A stretch of 64,000 nt of DNA from the human T2T-CHM13v2.0 reference genome, Homo sapiens: assembly GCF_009914755.1 (NCBI RefSeq), contig NC_060947.1; one strand, 5' to 3'. Positions within the stretch are counted from its first letter, which is position 1, and every line of letters starts with the position of its first letter. The notes beneath the pieces were generated by a model. That model was given only the letters and a program-made list of their open reading frames with translations, ran no database searches and was not told where the DNA came from. This document shows, one piece after another, positions 63,884 through 64,000 of the stretch. The translations under genes were made by a program, and so were the position numbers.

Positions 63884-64000
63884 CTATGCTTCCCAGCTTG
63901 CACAACGAAGTATATGGTTGATCACTCTATTTATAAAAGCACCATCATCCATACTTCACATTTAGGCATCAGTATATTTTAAGGATGATATTTCTTCAAT

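Overview
AT-rich primate (probably human) genomic DNA with no intact protein-coding gene or RNA gene that I can support. Most of it is recognisable interspersed repeats: several L1PA/L1PB/L1M copies, about a dozen Alus including a very young AluYa5-like copy, THE1A, MLT1/MST, MLT2A1, MER21, a MER67-like LTR, a HERV-H fragment, Charlie1, L2 and MIR. There is also an NDUFB3 processed pseudogene with TSDs. The main observation concerns the apparently unique DNA between these repeats. Translated by hand with frameshifts allowed, it repeatedly gives degraded Ty3/Gypsy (Mag/K02A2.6-like) motifs in canonical order: gag, zinc knuckle, protease, RT, RNase H, H2C2, integrase core. I count about 10 separate integrase-bearing copies, 8 on the minus strand, some abutting head-to-tail. 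L2, MIR, Charlie1, L1 and LTRs have inserted into them, so the array predates the placental radiation. These matches are by-eye alignments to recalled consensus motifs and need frameshift-aware HMM or tblastn confirmation. Several local templated duplications, an inverted repeat and a HERV-H/L1 mosaic junction are also present. In peptides, * = stop and / = frameshift.
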